This document shows, piece after piece, positions 9,149-19,200 of a stretch of DNA of 64,000 bases. The translations under genes and the position numbers were made by a program. This DNA comes from Pelagibacterales bacterium SAG-MED31 (GTDB taxonomy: Bacteria > Pseudomonadota > Alphaproteobacteria > HIMB59 > GCA-002718135): NCBI GenBank assembly GCA_014653715.1, contig JACWEB010000001.1, positions 4,525 to 68,524 on the forward strand, read 5' to 3'. The notes below the pieces were generated by a model. The model was not told the origin of the DNA. It worked only from the letters and a program-made list of their open reading frames with translations, and did no database searches. Each line of letters opens with the position of its first letter. The stretch's first letter is position 1.

Positions 9149-9349
9149 CTACTTATTATATGGTAGCATATGATCTACGAGCGCTGCATCACCTGGTGAC
9201 ATTATCGCCGATCTTTTTGTGCTACGTATAAATTTATTTGATCTCTTGCTCATGCCATGTCTTTTCCCAGCAGGCTTGAACTTAATCTTTCCGGTTCCAG
9301 TTCTAGAGAAACGTTTTTTTAAACTACTTTTTGTTTTAAGCTTGGGCAT
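9149..9349 (-). CDS. rpmI: 50S ribosomal protein L35
   Basis: 66 aa, [14 protein letters not shown]... Confidence 0.97.
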   Translation of the reverse strand: MPKLKTKSSLKKRFSRTGTGKIKFKPAGKRHGMSKRSNKFIRSTKRSAIMSPGDAALVDHMLPYNK

Positions 9350-9373
9350 TCTAAACTCCTTGTTATTTTTACC

Positions 9374-9398
9374 GCTAGGCTGCCCCGCAGGCCATAGC
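9374..9398 (-). promoter_or_regulatory. GC-rich hairpin in the infC-rpmI spacer; candidate L20 autoregulatory leader of rpmI-rplT
   Basis: The mRNA sense reads GCUAUGGCCUGCGGGGCAGCCUAGC. GCUA pairs with UAGC, GG with CC and CUGC with GCAG. It lies about 20 nt upstream of the AGGAG SD of rpmI. It is not followed by a U-tract, so it is not an intrinsic terminator. It is by far the most GC-rich non-tRNA spacer segment in the window. Confidence 0.4.
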
Positions 9399-9449
9399 TA
9401 GTTTCAAAGCCTTATAGTGATATTTATTTAAGAATCAATGAGTAAGTAA

Positions 9450-9989
9450 CTATTTTGCTATCTGGGGCACCAAAATCATCATAATTTGCTTACCTTCAGA
9501 TTTTGGCGCAACTTCAACCTTTGCATATTTAACAACTTCTTGGGTTAATTTTTTTAACAAATCAAAACCTAGGTTTTGATGTTCCATTTCTCTGCCTCTG
9601 AAACGCATTGATACCTTGACTTTGTTGCCACCACTGATAAATTTAGAGAGAGCCTTAACCTTTACATTATAGTCATGTGTATCAATTCCTGGACGCATTT
9701 TAATTTCTTTAACTTCAATGGTTTTTTGTTTCTTTTTAGCCTCTTTTTTACTTTTTTGCTCTCTATACTTTAACTTACCGTAATCAATTATTTTGCATAC
9801 AGGGGGATTTGCTGCAGGTGAAACTTCAACTAAATCAAACCCTTCATCTTCTGCATGATTGAGTGCTTCTCTAATACTGATAATACCTAACTGCTTACCT
9901 GTACTTGAAATTACACGTACCTCACTAGCAGTAATCTTCTCATTGGTCCTAGGGCCAGTATTCTTTTTTGCTCTGTAATTTACTGCCAA
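9450..9989 (-). CDS. infC: Translation initiation factor IF-3 (non-AUG start)
   Basis: 179 aa with strong IF-3 N- and C-domain similarity. There is no in-frame ATG or GTG between the upstream stop (10014-10016) and conserved residues. The only start candidates are TTG (9989) or ATA (9998). Confidence 0.93.
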   Translation of the reverse strand: MAVNYRAKKNTGPRTNEKITASEVRVISSTGKQLGIISIREALNHAEDEGFDLVEVSPAANPPVCKIIDYGKLKYREQKSKKEAKKKQKTIEVKEIKMRPGIDTHDYNVKVKALSKFISGGNKVKVSMRFRGREMEHQNLGFDLLKKLTQEVVKYAKVEVAPKSEGKQIMMILVPQIAK

Positions 9990-10129
9990 AACTGTTATTT
10001 TAAGTGGATTAAGCTATTTATGAATAGCATATTAGGAATTGAATATTTTTTTCATATTTTTGTAAGATATAATGAAATTGAGATTAAATTCAAGGTCTGT
10101 TTTTAAAAAATGGTTGATTAAATAATTAA

Positions 10130-11131
10130 ATGAAAATTTGTATTGAGCGCACTGATCGAATGGGGGATATGATCTTAACGCTACCTGTTATTCAAGGGAT
10201 TAAAGAGAAAAATCCTCAGGCTATTGTTCATGTAATTGCATCGCAAAAAAATTCAAAAATATGTAACCAATTTAACTTGATTGAAAAAATATTTGAAAAA
10301 TCAAAATTGTCATCTTCATTTAACAATTTAACAAAGTCCATTAGTGCAGAAAAATATGATTATTATTTTACTTTTAGCCCTGGCTGGTTTGGATTATGTT
10401 TGGGATTTTTTTCTAAAAGTAAGTTTAAATCTTCTCTAATTCTTAAGTCAAGGTACAGCTCAAATGTACTTAGTAAATTAGGTCAAATATTTTTTAGTAA
10501 AGTATTTTATTCACTGTCATTTGTAATTAATAGATTTGAATTATTAAAAGCAAATAAAGATATCCACCAAACAAATATGATGATGGATGTGGTATCAAAA
10601 AGTGGCATTGCAATAAGCAGAAAAACTCAAACTAAATTTATCTTTAACAACGAATTTACATTAAACAAAAGTAAGCCTGTATGTATTGTTCATCTGTCTT
10701 CAAAATGGGTTAACAGCTACTATTCTGAAGAAAATTTTGATGATCTAATAAAATTATTAAATGAAAAAGATATATTAATCTACTTAACTACAGATGAAAC
10801 AACAAAAAATAAATTTAATAAAATTTTTGAGACTTTTGATGCTGTAGAAGATCCTAGCAAGATGCAAAAGAGTTCAAAAAGTATTTTAATATGTAATAAT
10901 TTTAAATTTGCAAATTGGACAAGTTTAATAAATCAAGCAGATTATGTAATTACACCAGAGAGTGGATGCACTCATATTGCTTCCTTAACAAAGTGTAAAC
11001 TTGCTGTAATTTATGATGCTAATAATTCTCCAAATAGCATCAGGCAAGAATATGCCCCTTGGAATAAAGAATACTTAGCTCTAGAGACAAATGATAAAGA
11101 TTTAAATCAAAAACTATTCAACTTTATCTAA
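10130..11131 (+). CDS. Glycosyltransferase family 9 (LPS heptosyltransferase-like)
   Basis: 333 aa. The N-terminus, RTDRMGDMILTLPVIQGIKEKNP, is typical of the GT9 RfaC/RfaF family. Confidence 0.75.
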   Translation: MKICIERTDRMGDMILTLPVIQGIKEKNPQAIVHVIASQKNSKICNQFNLIEKIFEKSKLSSSFNNLTKSISAEKYDYYFTFSPGWFGLCLGFFSKSKFKSSLILKSRYSSNVLSKLGQIFFSKVFYSLSFVINRFELLKANKDIHQTNMMMDVVSKSGIAISRKTQTKFIFNNEFTLNKSKPVCIVHLSSKWVNSYYSEENFDDLIKLLNEKDILIYLTTDETTKNKFNKIFETFDAVEDPSKMQKSSKSILICNNFKFANWTSLINQADYVITPESGCTHIASLTKCKLAVIYDANNSPNSIRQEYAPWNKEYLALETNDKDLNQKLFNFI

Positions 11132-12061
11132 CAGTTTGTTTTTTATAATAAAATCCTGAACTTCATTAACACTCAAATCTTCCATTTTATTTTTAAGAAG
11201 CATATGGTTATTTTGTTGAAAACTTAAATTTGCTTTTGTTACACTATTATCAAGAGCTAGCCATAAAATATTAACTTTACTAAGTGCAGCGATGTGACCA
11301 GGACCAGTATCATTTGAAATTATCAACTTACTTTTTGTTGCAACTGAATAAATTATCTCAGGTGGAGACTTATCAATTAAATTAATAATATTTTTGCAGC
11401 CATCAAGAATTGGTTGAAAGGACATGGCATCATGTTTGGTGCCAACTAAACAAATATAATACCCTTTTGACTCCAAGAAGGAACACAATTGTTGATATTT
11501 AATAGACGACCATTGTTTTGAACGACCAGATTTTGATACGCCAGGTATGATCAAGACAACATTTTTATGCTCAATACTTTGGTCTTCTTTATCAGATACT
11601 AACCAACTAAAATCATGATCACTTTTATTAATACCTAAAAGCTTTAACTGATTATATAAACCCTGTGTCGGGCTTTCTTTTCCTTGAACAGGAATAACAT
11701 ATCGATCATGAACAAAACTTCTAGATCCATTAATACGTGACCTAGAAAAAATTTTGGTAAAAAAATTATAAAAATTTGTTCTCTTCGAATTTTGAAGATC
11801 AATAATTAAATCATATTTGCCATTAATTATTTTACGAATAAGAGCAAAAGTTGAAAATAATCCCGCTCTATTATCAACCAAGTATTGATCAAACATTTTT
11901 GTTTTTTTAAAAAAGGGAATAAATTTTTCTTCTGTTACCAAATCAATCACAGAGTTATTAAATTTTTTCTTAATTGATAAAATTGGCTCTAGTGCAAACA
12001 CAATATCTCCGAGAGAGCCGTGTTTTATAAGTAATATTTTATTAGGACTTAGCAGACTCAT
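11114..12061 (-). CDS. Glycosyltransferase family 9 (ADP-heptose:LPS heptosyltransferase-like)
   Basis: 315 aa with ILLIKHGSLGDIVFALEPILSIKKKF and a C-terminal NDTGPGHIAA motif. Confidence 0.8.
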   Translation of the reverse strand: MSLLSPNKILLIKHGSLGDIVFALEPILSIKKKFNNSVIDLVTEEKFIPFFKKTKMFDQYLVDNRAGLFSTFALIRKIINGKYDLIIDLQNSKRTNFYNFFTKIFSRSRINGSRSFVHDRYVIPVQGKESPTQGLYNQLKLLGINKSDHDFSWLVSDKEDQSIEHKNVVLIIPGVSKSGRSKQWSSIKYQQLCSFLESKGYYICLVGTKHDAMSFQPILDGCKNIINLIDKSPPEIIYSVATKSKLIISNDTGPGHIAALSKVNILWLALDNSVTKANLSFQQNNHMLLKNKMEDLSVNEVQDFIIKNKLLDKVE

Positions 12062-13169
12062 ATAATTTCAGATATTGATTAACCATATTTATTTTTGAAA
12101 AATTGTTTTCGATAACCAGTTGCGCACCTTCTAATGCTTCTTTTTTTTGATCTTCAGATAGACTTAATAACTTCTCTATTTTTGCAGGCAAAACTTGATA
12201 ATCTTGAGGTTTAACTTTGAACATATCATTTAAATTTGCCAATTGATTTTTCACTCCACCATAATCAAAAGCCAATACAGGCGTCTTCGAGTATAATGAC
12301 TCACTTACTGTTCTTCCAAATCCTTCCGCTCGCAGTGGAAAGGAGACAGAAAGATCTGCTAAATGATATAAACATCGCATTTCATCTTGGTTGACACTTC
12401 CTAAAATTTTGAAAATTCCATCAAGATTATTATGTTTAATCTTATCTCGAACTAGTTTTGTATAGCTTTCATTTTTTATATCTCCAGCAAATAGTATCAA
12501 TATATTTTGAGTATCCATTTTTTTTATTACATCTATAAATTCTAATTGTCCTTTCCAACTAGTAATTCTTGCAGGAAATAAAATAATTTTTTTTGCAGTA
12601 TCAAATTGATTCTCCTTTATAGTATTATCTATTATCCCAGCATCAAGTGGTTGATTAAAATATTCTGTATCAATACCTCTGTTAATGACTGAGATGTTAT
12701 TTGGGGGAAGATTATATTTTTTTACAATTGTTTCTTTTACATACTCAGAGATTGCAACGAGATGATCCATTTTGGATAAACCTTTATTATAGATTTTTTT
12801 TAAATATAAGTTTCCTCCATAGACATTATGAAATGTTGCAATGGTTTTGATATTATTTTTTCCCATTAAATTAATCATCCAGGCAGGGGCTCTGGAGCGT
12901 ACATGAACTATATTTATATTATTGGTTTTAATAAATTGATTAATTTTTCTTGCTATCAAAGGATAAGAAAAAAAGTTTTTACTATCTACTGGTAATTGAT
13001 GAACATGGGTAAAATTTTTATCGAGCTCCTTGATCATTTTGCCACCAGAAGTAATAATAAAATTCTGTATTTTTTTTTCAGCTAAAAAATTAGCCACATC
13101 AACGGTACCTCTTTCCACACCACCAGAGTCTAAAGAAGGAACAATTTGAACAAGATTAAATGATGACAT
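12042..13169 (-). CDS. Glycosyltransferase family 4 (LPS core / RfaG-like)
   Basis: 375 aa. GT-B fold hallmarks: an N-terminal GGVERGT motif and a C-terminal EGFGRTVSES E-x7-E-like motif. Confidence 0.8.
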   Translation of the reverse strand: MSSFNLVQIVPSLDSGGVERGTVDVANFLAEKKIQNFIITSGGKMIKELDKNFTHVHQLPVDSKNFFSYPLIARKINQFIKTNNINIVHVRSRAPAWMINLMGKNNIKTIATFHNVYGGNLYLKKIYNKGLSKMDHLVAISEYVKETIVKKYNLPPNNISVINRGIDTEYFNQPLDAGIIDNTIKENQFDTAKKIILFPARITSWKGQLEFIDVIKKMDTQNILILFAGDIKNESYTKLVRDKIKHNNLDGIFKILGSVNQDEMRCLYHLADLSVSFPLRAEGFGRTVSESLYSKTPVLAFDYGGVKNQLANLNDMFKVKPQDYQVLPAKIEKLLSLSEDQKKEALEGAQLVIENNFSKINMVNQYLKLYESAKS

Positions 13170-13196
13170 TTTAAGTTAATATTTGTATTCTATAAT

Positions 13197-13930
13197 ATGT
13201 CTTTTTATAAGAACAAACAAAACCATAAAATTGCATATAAATCCTTAAAAGGAAGAGAGCTAGGAATCATTTTCATTCATGGCTTAAATTCGGATATGAA
13301 TGGCACTAAGGCGCTTACAGTTGAGAGATATGCAAGGAAAAATAAAATAAATTTTATCCGTTTTGACTGTAGAGGACACGGTAAATCAGATGGGAAATTT
13401 GAAGATTTTACCATCTCAGATTGGAGAAAGGACTTATTAGATATCATCGATAATGTTGCTAGAGGGCCACAAATTCTCATAGGTAGCAGTATGGGTGGTT
13501 GGTTAATGATGTTGGCAGCAAAAGCACGACCACAAAGAATAAAAGGAATGATTGGGTTAGCCGCTGCTCCAGATTTTGGAAAAAATTTATATAAAACCTT
13601 AAATAAAAAAAATAAAAAAGAAATTACTACAAAAGGTATCACTAAATATACGTCCTATGGTTTTAGTTATTATTTAACTAAAAAATTTTTTATCGAAGCG
13701 GAAAAAAATAGAGTTCTTAAAAAACCATTTCGGTTTTCAAAACCACTAGTTCTTATTCACGGTTTAAAAGATAATGTAGTCAAAGAAGATGTCTCAAGAA
13801 ATATACTAAAAAAGTTACAGGAAAAAATGTTAATATTATTTATCTTAAAGAAAGTGATCACCGATTATCAAATGAAACTGATTTAACAATGATTACACAG
13901 TCCATAGATTATATAAGAAAGACAAAATAA
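13197..13930 (+). pseudogene. Alpha/beta-fold hydrolase interrupted by a -1 frameshift at A_AAA_AAG (13808-13814)
   Basis: The zero frame (13197-13886) carries the HG oxyanion motif (IFIHGLNS), the nucleophile elbow GSSMGG and the acid in HGLKDNVV, then ends in junk (LQEKMLILFILKKVITDYQMKLI*). The -1 frame from 13814 reads VTGKNVNIIYLKESDHRLSNETDL...IRKTK* and supplies the catalytic His, with a stop at 13928-13930. Confidence 0.8.
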
Positions 13931-13967
13931 ATTTTATATTTATAGACTAAGATTTTTTTCTAATTCC

Positions 13968-14258
13968 TTAAAAGATTTGTAATACAATTATTAGAATCAT
14001 AATAATAAATAAAGACAAACTAATTGGTCTTTCCCATAAAAATGAAATAGACCCATCATTAATTAACATAGCTCTTCTTAAGTTTTTCTCAATCATTCCT
14101 CCTAAAATAAATCCTAAAATTAATGGAGACATTGGATAATTTAATGTTCTTAAAACTAATGAAAGTAAAGCTGCTACTGCCATAAAATATATATCAAATG
14201 AGTTAAAAGAAATTAAATACACACCTGTAACAGAAAAAAACAAAACTAATGGTAACAT
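13968..14258 (-). pseudogene. C-terminal fragment (last two TM helices) of a TctA-family tripartite tricarboxylate transporter subunit
   Basis: The 96-aa ORF contains NYPMSPLILGFILGGMIEKNLRRAMLINDGSISFLWERPISL, matching the conserved TctA C-terminus. Full TctA is about 500 aa, yet only about 110 nt separate this ORF from glmS. The in-frame upstream sequence is not TctA-like and hits a stop at 14337-14339. Confidence 0.6.
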
Positions 14259-14370
14259 TTCTTTAACTTCTTCTTTAGATAATTTTATAGACCCAAGTTT
14301 GTTTAAGCTTGCATCAGATACATTAAAATATAAAGATTAGAATGAAACTTTATAGAAAATTTTTAATTAA

Positions 14371-16185
14371 TTATTCTACAGTAACAGATTTTGCAAGATT
14401 ACGTGGTTGATCAATATCAGTTCCAAGGGCTGATCCTAAGTGATAAGCAATTAGTTGAATTGGTATAGAATAAAGGATGGCTGAAGTTATGCTATTGGTT
14501 TCAGGTAAAATAATAACTTCTTCACAATATTTTTTAGCTTTTTTTGCGCCTAAATTATCAGTAATTAAAATTATTTTACCCTCCCTGGCTTTTATTTCTT
14601 GAATGTTTGATAAAAGTTTGGAGAAGTTATTATTATAAGGAGCCAGGGCAATCACCGCTATATCCTTATCAATTAGAGCAAGGGGCCCATGCTTTAATTC
14701 ACCAGCAGCGTATCCTTCACAATGTTTATAGGTTATCTCTTTTAATTTTAAAGCACCTTCCAGAGCTAGAGGGTACATTGTTCCTCTTCCTATATAAAAA
14801 ATACTTTTTGTATCTTGCAAAGTTTTTGCTACAGTTTCAATTGACGAATTTTGCTCCAAAACATTTTGAATAAGTTTAGGTAAATCAAATAATGATAGAA
14901 ACATTAATCTATCTTTTTCATCATAAATATTTTTTTGTTGTTGAATATATAAGGCTAGTAAAGCCAGAACAATTAATTGGGATGTAAATGCTTTTGTTGA
15001 TGCAACACCAATTTCAGGTCCTGCGATCGTTGGAAGAATATAATCTGATTCTCTTGCAATACTACTTTTAAGCACATTTATGATTGAGATAGTATATAAT
15101 TCTTTTTGTTTAAATTTTTTCAAACATTCAAAGGTATCCATTGTTTCACCAGATTGAGACACCACAAGACCAACCTCACCTTTTTTTATGCAATCTTTTC
15201 GATAACGATATTCAGAGCCTATATCTATTGATGTATACAACTGAGCAATCTCTTCAAACCAGTATTTTGCAATCATACATGCGTGGTATGCAGTACCACA
15301 AGCAGCTAACTGTAATTGGGAAACATCATTAAAGTCTATGTCAAAGCGTGGTAGTAAAACTTTTTCATTTTTTTTATCACAATAGTTTAATACCGTATCT
15401 TCAATACTTATTGGTTGATGGTATATTTCTTTTTGCATAAAGTGTTTGAAATTACCTTTAGTATTAAAGTCAGCTTGACTCGAATGTGAATGAATTTCAC
15501 GTTCCACTTCTTCCCCCCTAGTGTTAAATATTGAAAAAGAAGAGTTATTGATTTCAACAATATCATTTTCCTCTAAAAATATTGTTTGATTAACAGACTC
15601 AGGCAACCCTAATAAATCAGAACTCAATGCTTTAGAGTTATTTGAAAACCCTAAAACAAGTGGGCTACCTTTTCGCGCTGCGTAAATTGAATTAGATCCT
15701 TTAACTAAAAATGCCAATGCAAATGTTCCTTCAATTTTATCAAATAAATTCATTAAAGCCTCAATGGGGGTATATTTAATTAATAATTTTGAATACAGCT
15801 CAGCCACCACTTCAGTATCTGTTTCAGATTCTAGATTTTTTCTATCTAACGAAAAGGAATGTATAAGTTCGTCATAATTTTCTATAATTCCATTATGCAC
15901 TAAAGCACAATTTGCTTTTACAAAGGGGTGAGCATTTAAAAGATGTGGTTTTCCATGGGTTGCCCATCGCGTATGAGCAATTGTTGTTTTTCCTTGAAAT
16001 TTATTATTTTTTAATTGATGAATTAAATTAGAGATTTTACCAATACTCTTTTGGTAATGTATATTATTATCAATGATTGATGCAATACCAGCTGAATCGT
16101 ATCCTCTATATTCCAAAGCTTGTAAGCCAGATAAGGTATCAGAGACACTATCATCTGTGCTTGTAATTCCAACAATACCGCACAT
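14371..16185 (-). CDS. glmS: Glutamine--fructose-6-phosphate aminotransferase
   Basis: 604 aa. MCGIVG Ntn-amidotransferase start, two SIS domains, and a C-terminal KSVTVE. Confidence 0.97.
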   Translation of the reverse strand: MCGIVGITSTDDSVSDTLSGLQALEYRGYDSAGIASIIDNNIHYQKSIGKISNLIHQLKNNKFQGKTTIAHTRWATHGKPHLLNAHPFVKANCALVHNGIIENYDELIHSFSLDRKNLESETDTEVVAELYSKLLIKYTPIEALMNLFDKIEGTFALAFLVKGSNSIYAARKGSPLVLGFSNNSKALSSDLLGLPESVNQTIFLEENDIVEINNSSFSIFNTRGEEVEREIHSHSSQADFNTKGNFKHFMQKEIYHQPISIEDTVLNYCDKKNEKVLLPRFDIDFNDVSQLQLAACGTAYHACMIAKYWFEEIAQLYTSIDIGSEYRYRKDCIKKGEVGLVVSQSGETMDTFECLKKFKQKELYTISIINVLKSSIARESDYILPTIAGPEIGVASTKAFTSQLIVLALLALYIQQQKNIYDEKDRLMFLSLFDLPKLIQNVLEQNSSIETVAKTLQDTKSIFYIGRGTMYPLALEGALKLKEITYKHCEGYAAGELKHGPLALIDKDIAVIALAPYNNNFSKLLSNIQEIKAREGKIILITDNLGAKKAKKYCEEVIILPETNSITSAILYSIPIQLIAYHLGSALGTDIDQPRNLAKSVTVE

Positions 16186-16206
16186 TTAATTTATTTAATA
16201 TATTAT

Positions 16207-19200
16207 TTAAGCAGTTTTAGTAGTCTCAACTAATACAGGTTGTTCGAATTTATTAATCATTTCTTTTGGAATGATTTGCCAGAATAAATATTTATTACGA
16301 TCCCAATTATCTAAAATCTCTTTTGCGTGTTGAGAATTAGTTTCTATAAAATAGTGTTGAATTTTATCATAGAGAACACCTTCCCAATACGGAGTCATTT
16401 GTTGCTGATAGAATACATCATCCAAATTAATGCGAAGAGGAAGTGTTCCTTCCTTATCATAAGCAAAAGCCATTCCGCCTGTCATTCCTGCACCGAAGTT
16501 ATTGCCAACTTCTCCTAAGATAACAACACTTCCACCTGTCATGTACTCACAACCATTATCTCCACATCCTTCAATCACCGCATTAGCTCCAGAATTTCTT
16601 ACAGCAAATCTATCTCCTACTTTACCTGCTGCGTAGAGTGTTCCTTTGGTTGCACCGTAAAGGCATGTATTACCGATAATGACATTTTTATTTGATTTGA
16701 GAGAAGAGATTTCTGGAGGAGTAATAATTAATTTACCACCCGATAAACCTTTAGCTACGTAGTCATTAGCGTCGCCTGATATTTTTAGTGTTGTTCCTTT
16801 AACACTAAAAGCTCCAAAGGACTGACCAGCAGAACCATTCAGATTAATAATAATTTGATCTTCTTCTAAAACATTCATCCCAATTTTAGTTGTAATCTCT
16901 GATGCAAGTCTTGTACCAAGAGCTCTGTCTGTATTTTTTACATTATAACTTAACTGCGTTTTTTGACGCGAAGTAAACAAAGGGGTAAGATCATCAATCA
17001 TTTTTAGATCTAAACTGTCAGCTACTTTTGTAATGTTATCTTTTTTATTATTGTACTCACCAACGGATGAGTCAATTGTTTGAATGATTGGATTTAAATC
17101 TAAATCATCTAGGTCAGCACTTCCTCTGCTAACCTGATGTAATAAATCTGCACGTCCAACAATTTCATCAAGTGTTTTAAAACCAAGTTCTGCTAAAATT
17201 TCACGAACTTCTTCAGCAATATAAGTAAAGAGATTAATCACTTTATCAGGAGTTCCAGTAAATTTTTCTCGAAGTTTTTCATCTTGGGAGCAAACACCAA
17301 CTGGACAAGTATTAGAGTGGCATTGTCTGACCATAATACATCCCATCGCAACTAGACTTGCAGTCCCGATACCGTATTCTTCTGCACCCAGCATCGCTGC
17401 AATCACAACATCCTTACCTGTTTTTAATCCACCATCTGTTCGGAGAATTACTTTATCACGAAGATTATTTAATGATAAAACTTGATGTACTTCACTTAAT
17501 CCCAACTCCCACGGAAGTCCTGCATATTTAATGCTTGTTTGAGGACTTGCACCAGTCCCGCCATTATGACCAGATATTAAAATTGCATCTGCTTTTGCTT
17601 TTGCAACGCCTGCAGCCACTGTTCCAATACCTGATTGAGCAACTAGTTTTACACAAACTTTAGCTCTTGGATTAATTTGTTTTAAATCATAAATTAATTG
17701 AGCAAGATCTTCGATGGAATAAATATCATGATGCGGCGGAGGACTAATAAGAGTCACACCCTTTGTGGAGTGTCTTAACTTTGCAATTAATTCCGTTACT
17801 TTACCACCAGGTAATTGCCCTCCTTCACCTGGCTTTGCTCCTTGAGCGACTTTAATTTCAATTTCATCGCAGTTATTAAGATACTCAGCTGTTACACCAA
17901 ATCTTCCGCTAGCAATTTGTTTTATTCTTGACGATGGATTATCTCCATTTGGCCTTAACTTAAAACGGCTTGCATCTTCACCACCCTCACCAGAATCTGA
18001 TTTTGCACCAATTCTATTCATGGCTATAGATAAAGTTTCATGTGCTTCAGGACTTAGTGCACCAAGAGATATTCCAGGAGCTACTAATCGTTTTCTAATT
18101 TCTTGGGCAGAATCAATCTCACTTATATTCAATTTTTTATTATCCGTTTTGAAACTGAGTAAATCTCTAATATTTATTGGTGACATACCATCAATCATTT
18201 CTGAATACTTTTTAAAAAACGAATAATTTTTATTACCAACTGCAGATTGAAGCATATGAATTGATTTTGCTTCAAACGCATGTTGTTCTCCACCAAATCT
18301 ATATCGATAAAAACCTCCTACGGATAATGTAGTAACTTGATCATCAAAAGCTTTTGCATGTACTGCAAGGGATCGCTTTTCAATTCCTGAAATACCAATG
18401 CCTGATATTTTTGAACTCATGGAAGGAAAAAATTGACTCATTAAATTACGACTCAATCCAATTGCTTCAAAGTTACATCCTCCTCGGTAGGAATTAATAA
18501 CAGAGATGCCCATCTTGCTCATCGTTTTAAGCAAACCATTGTTGATCGATTTAATATATCTCTCCACGCACTGCTCGTATGATAGGGATCCGAATAGTCC
18601 TTTTTTGTGACGTTCTGCTATTGCTTGCTGAGCAACATAAGCATTTATACTCGTCGCACCAACACCAATTAATACTGCAAAATAATGAACATCTAAGCAT
18701 TCTGCAGATTGAATATTTAATGAAATGTATGTTCTTAAACTTTTTCTAATAAGATGAGAGTGTACTGAACTTGTTGCCAAAATCATTGGTAGTGCAATAT
18801 TATTTTTGGATAAATTTTTATCACTTAAAATAATATGAACATATCCTTCTCTAACAGCTTCCTCAGCTTGACGATTAAGATCTAGTAATGCTTTTTCAAA
18901 ACTGTTATTTAGATCAGTTATATCCATTGTTGTATCAAGAATTTTCACAGCATCTTTCATGTACTGCCTCATGGTCTTAAATTGATTGATTGATAAAACT
19001 GGAGAATCTAATTGTAAATGATCACACTGTTTTTCATCTTCATCTAGTATGTTGCTGAGATTTCCAATTCTGGTTCGAAGAGACATCACTACTCTTTCTC
19101 GCAAAGAGTCAACAGGGGGATTAGTTACTTGACTAAAATTTTGTCTAAAGTAATGATGGAGTCCTCTGTATTTTTTTGAAAGAACTGCGAGTGGAGAATC

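Noticed and set aside
16186-16206. glmS ribozyme, or a glutamine (glnA-type) riboswitch, associated with glmS, gltB or gltD.
   Set aside because: The spacer before glmS is 21 nt. The gltD leader lacks the conserved cores I remember for these RNAs. The glmS ribozyme is also not expected in Alphaproteobacteria.
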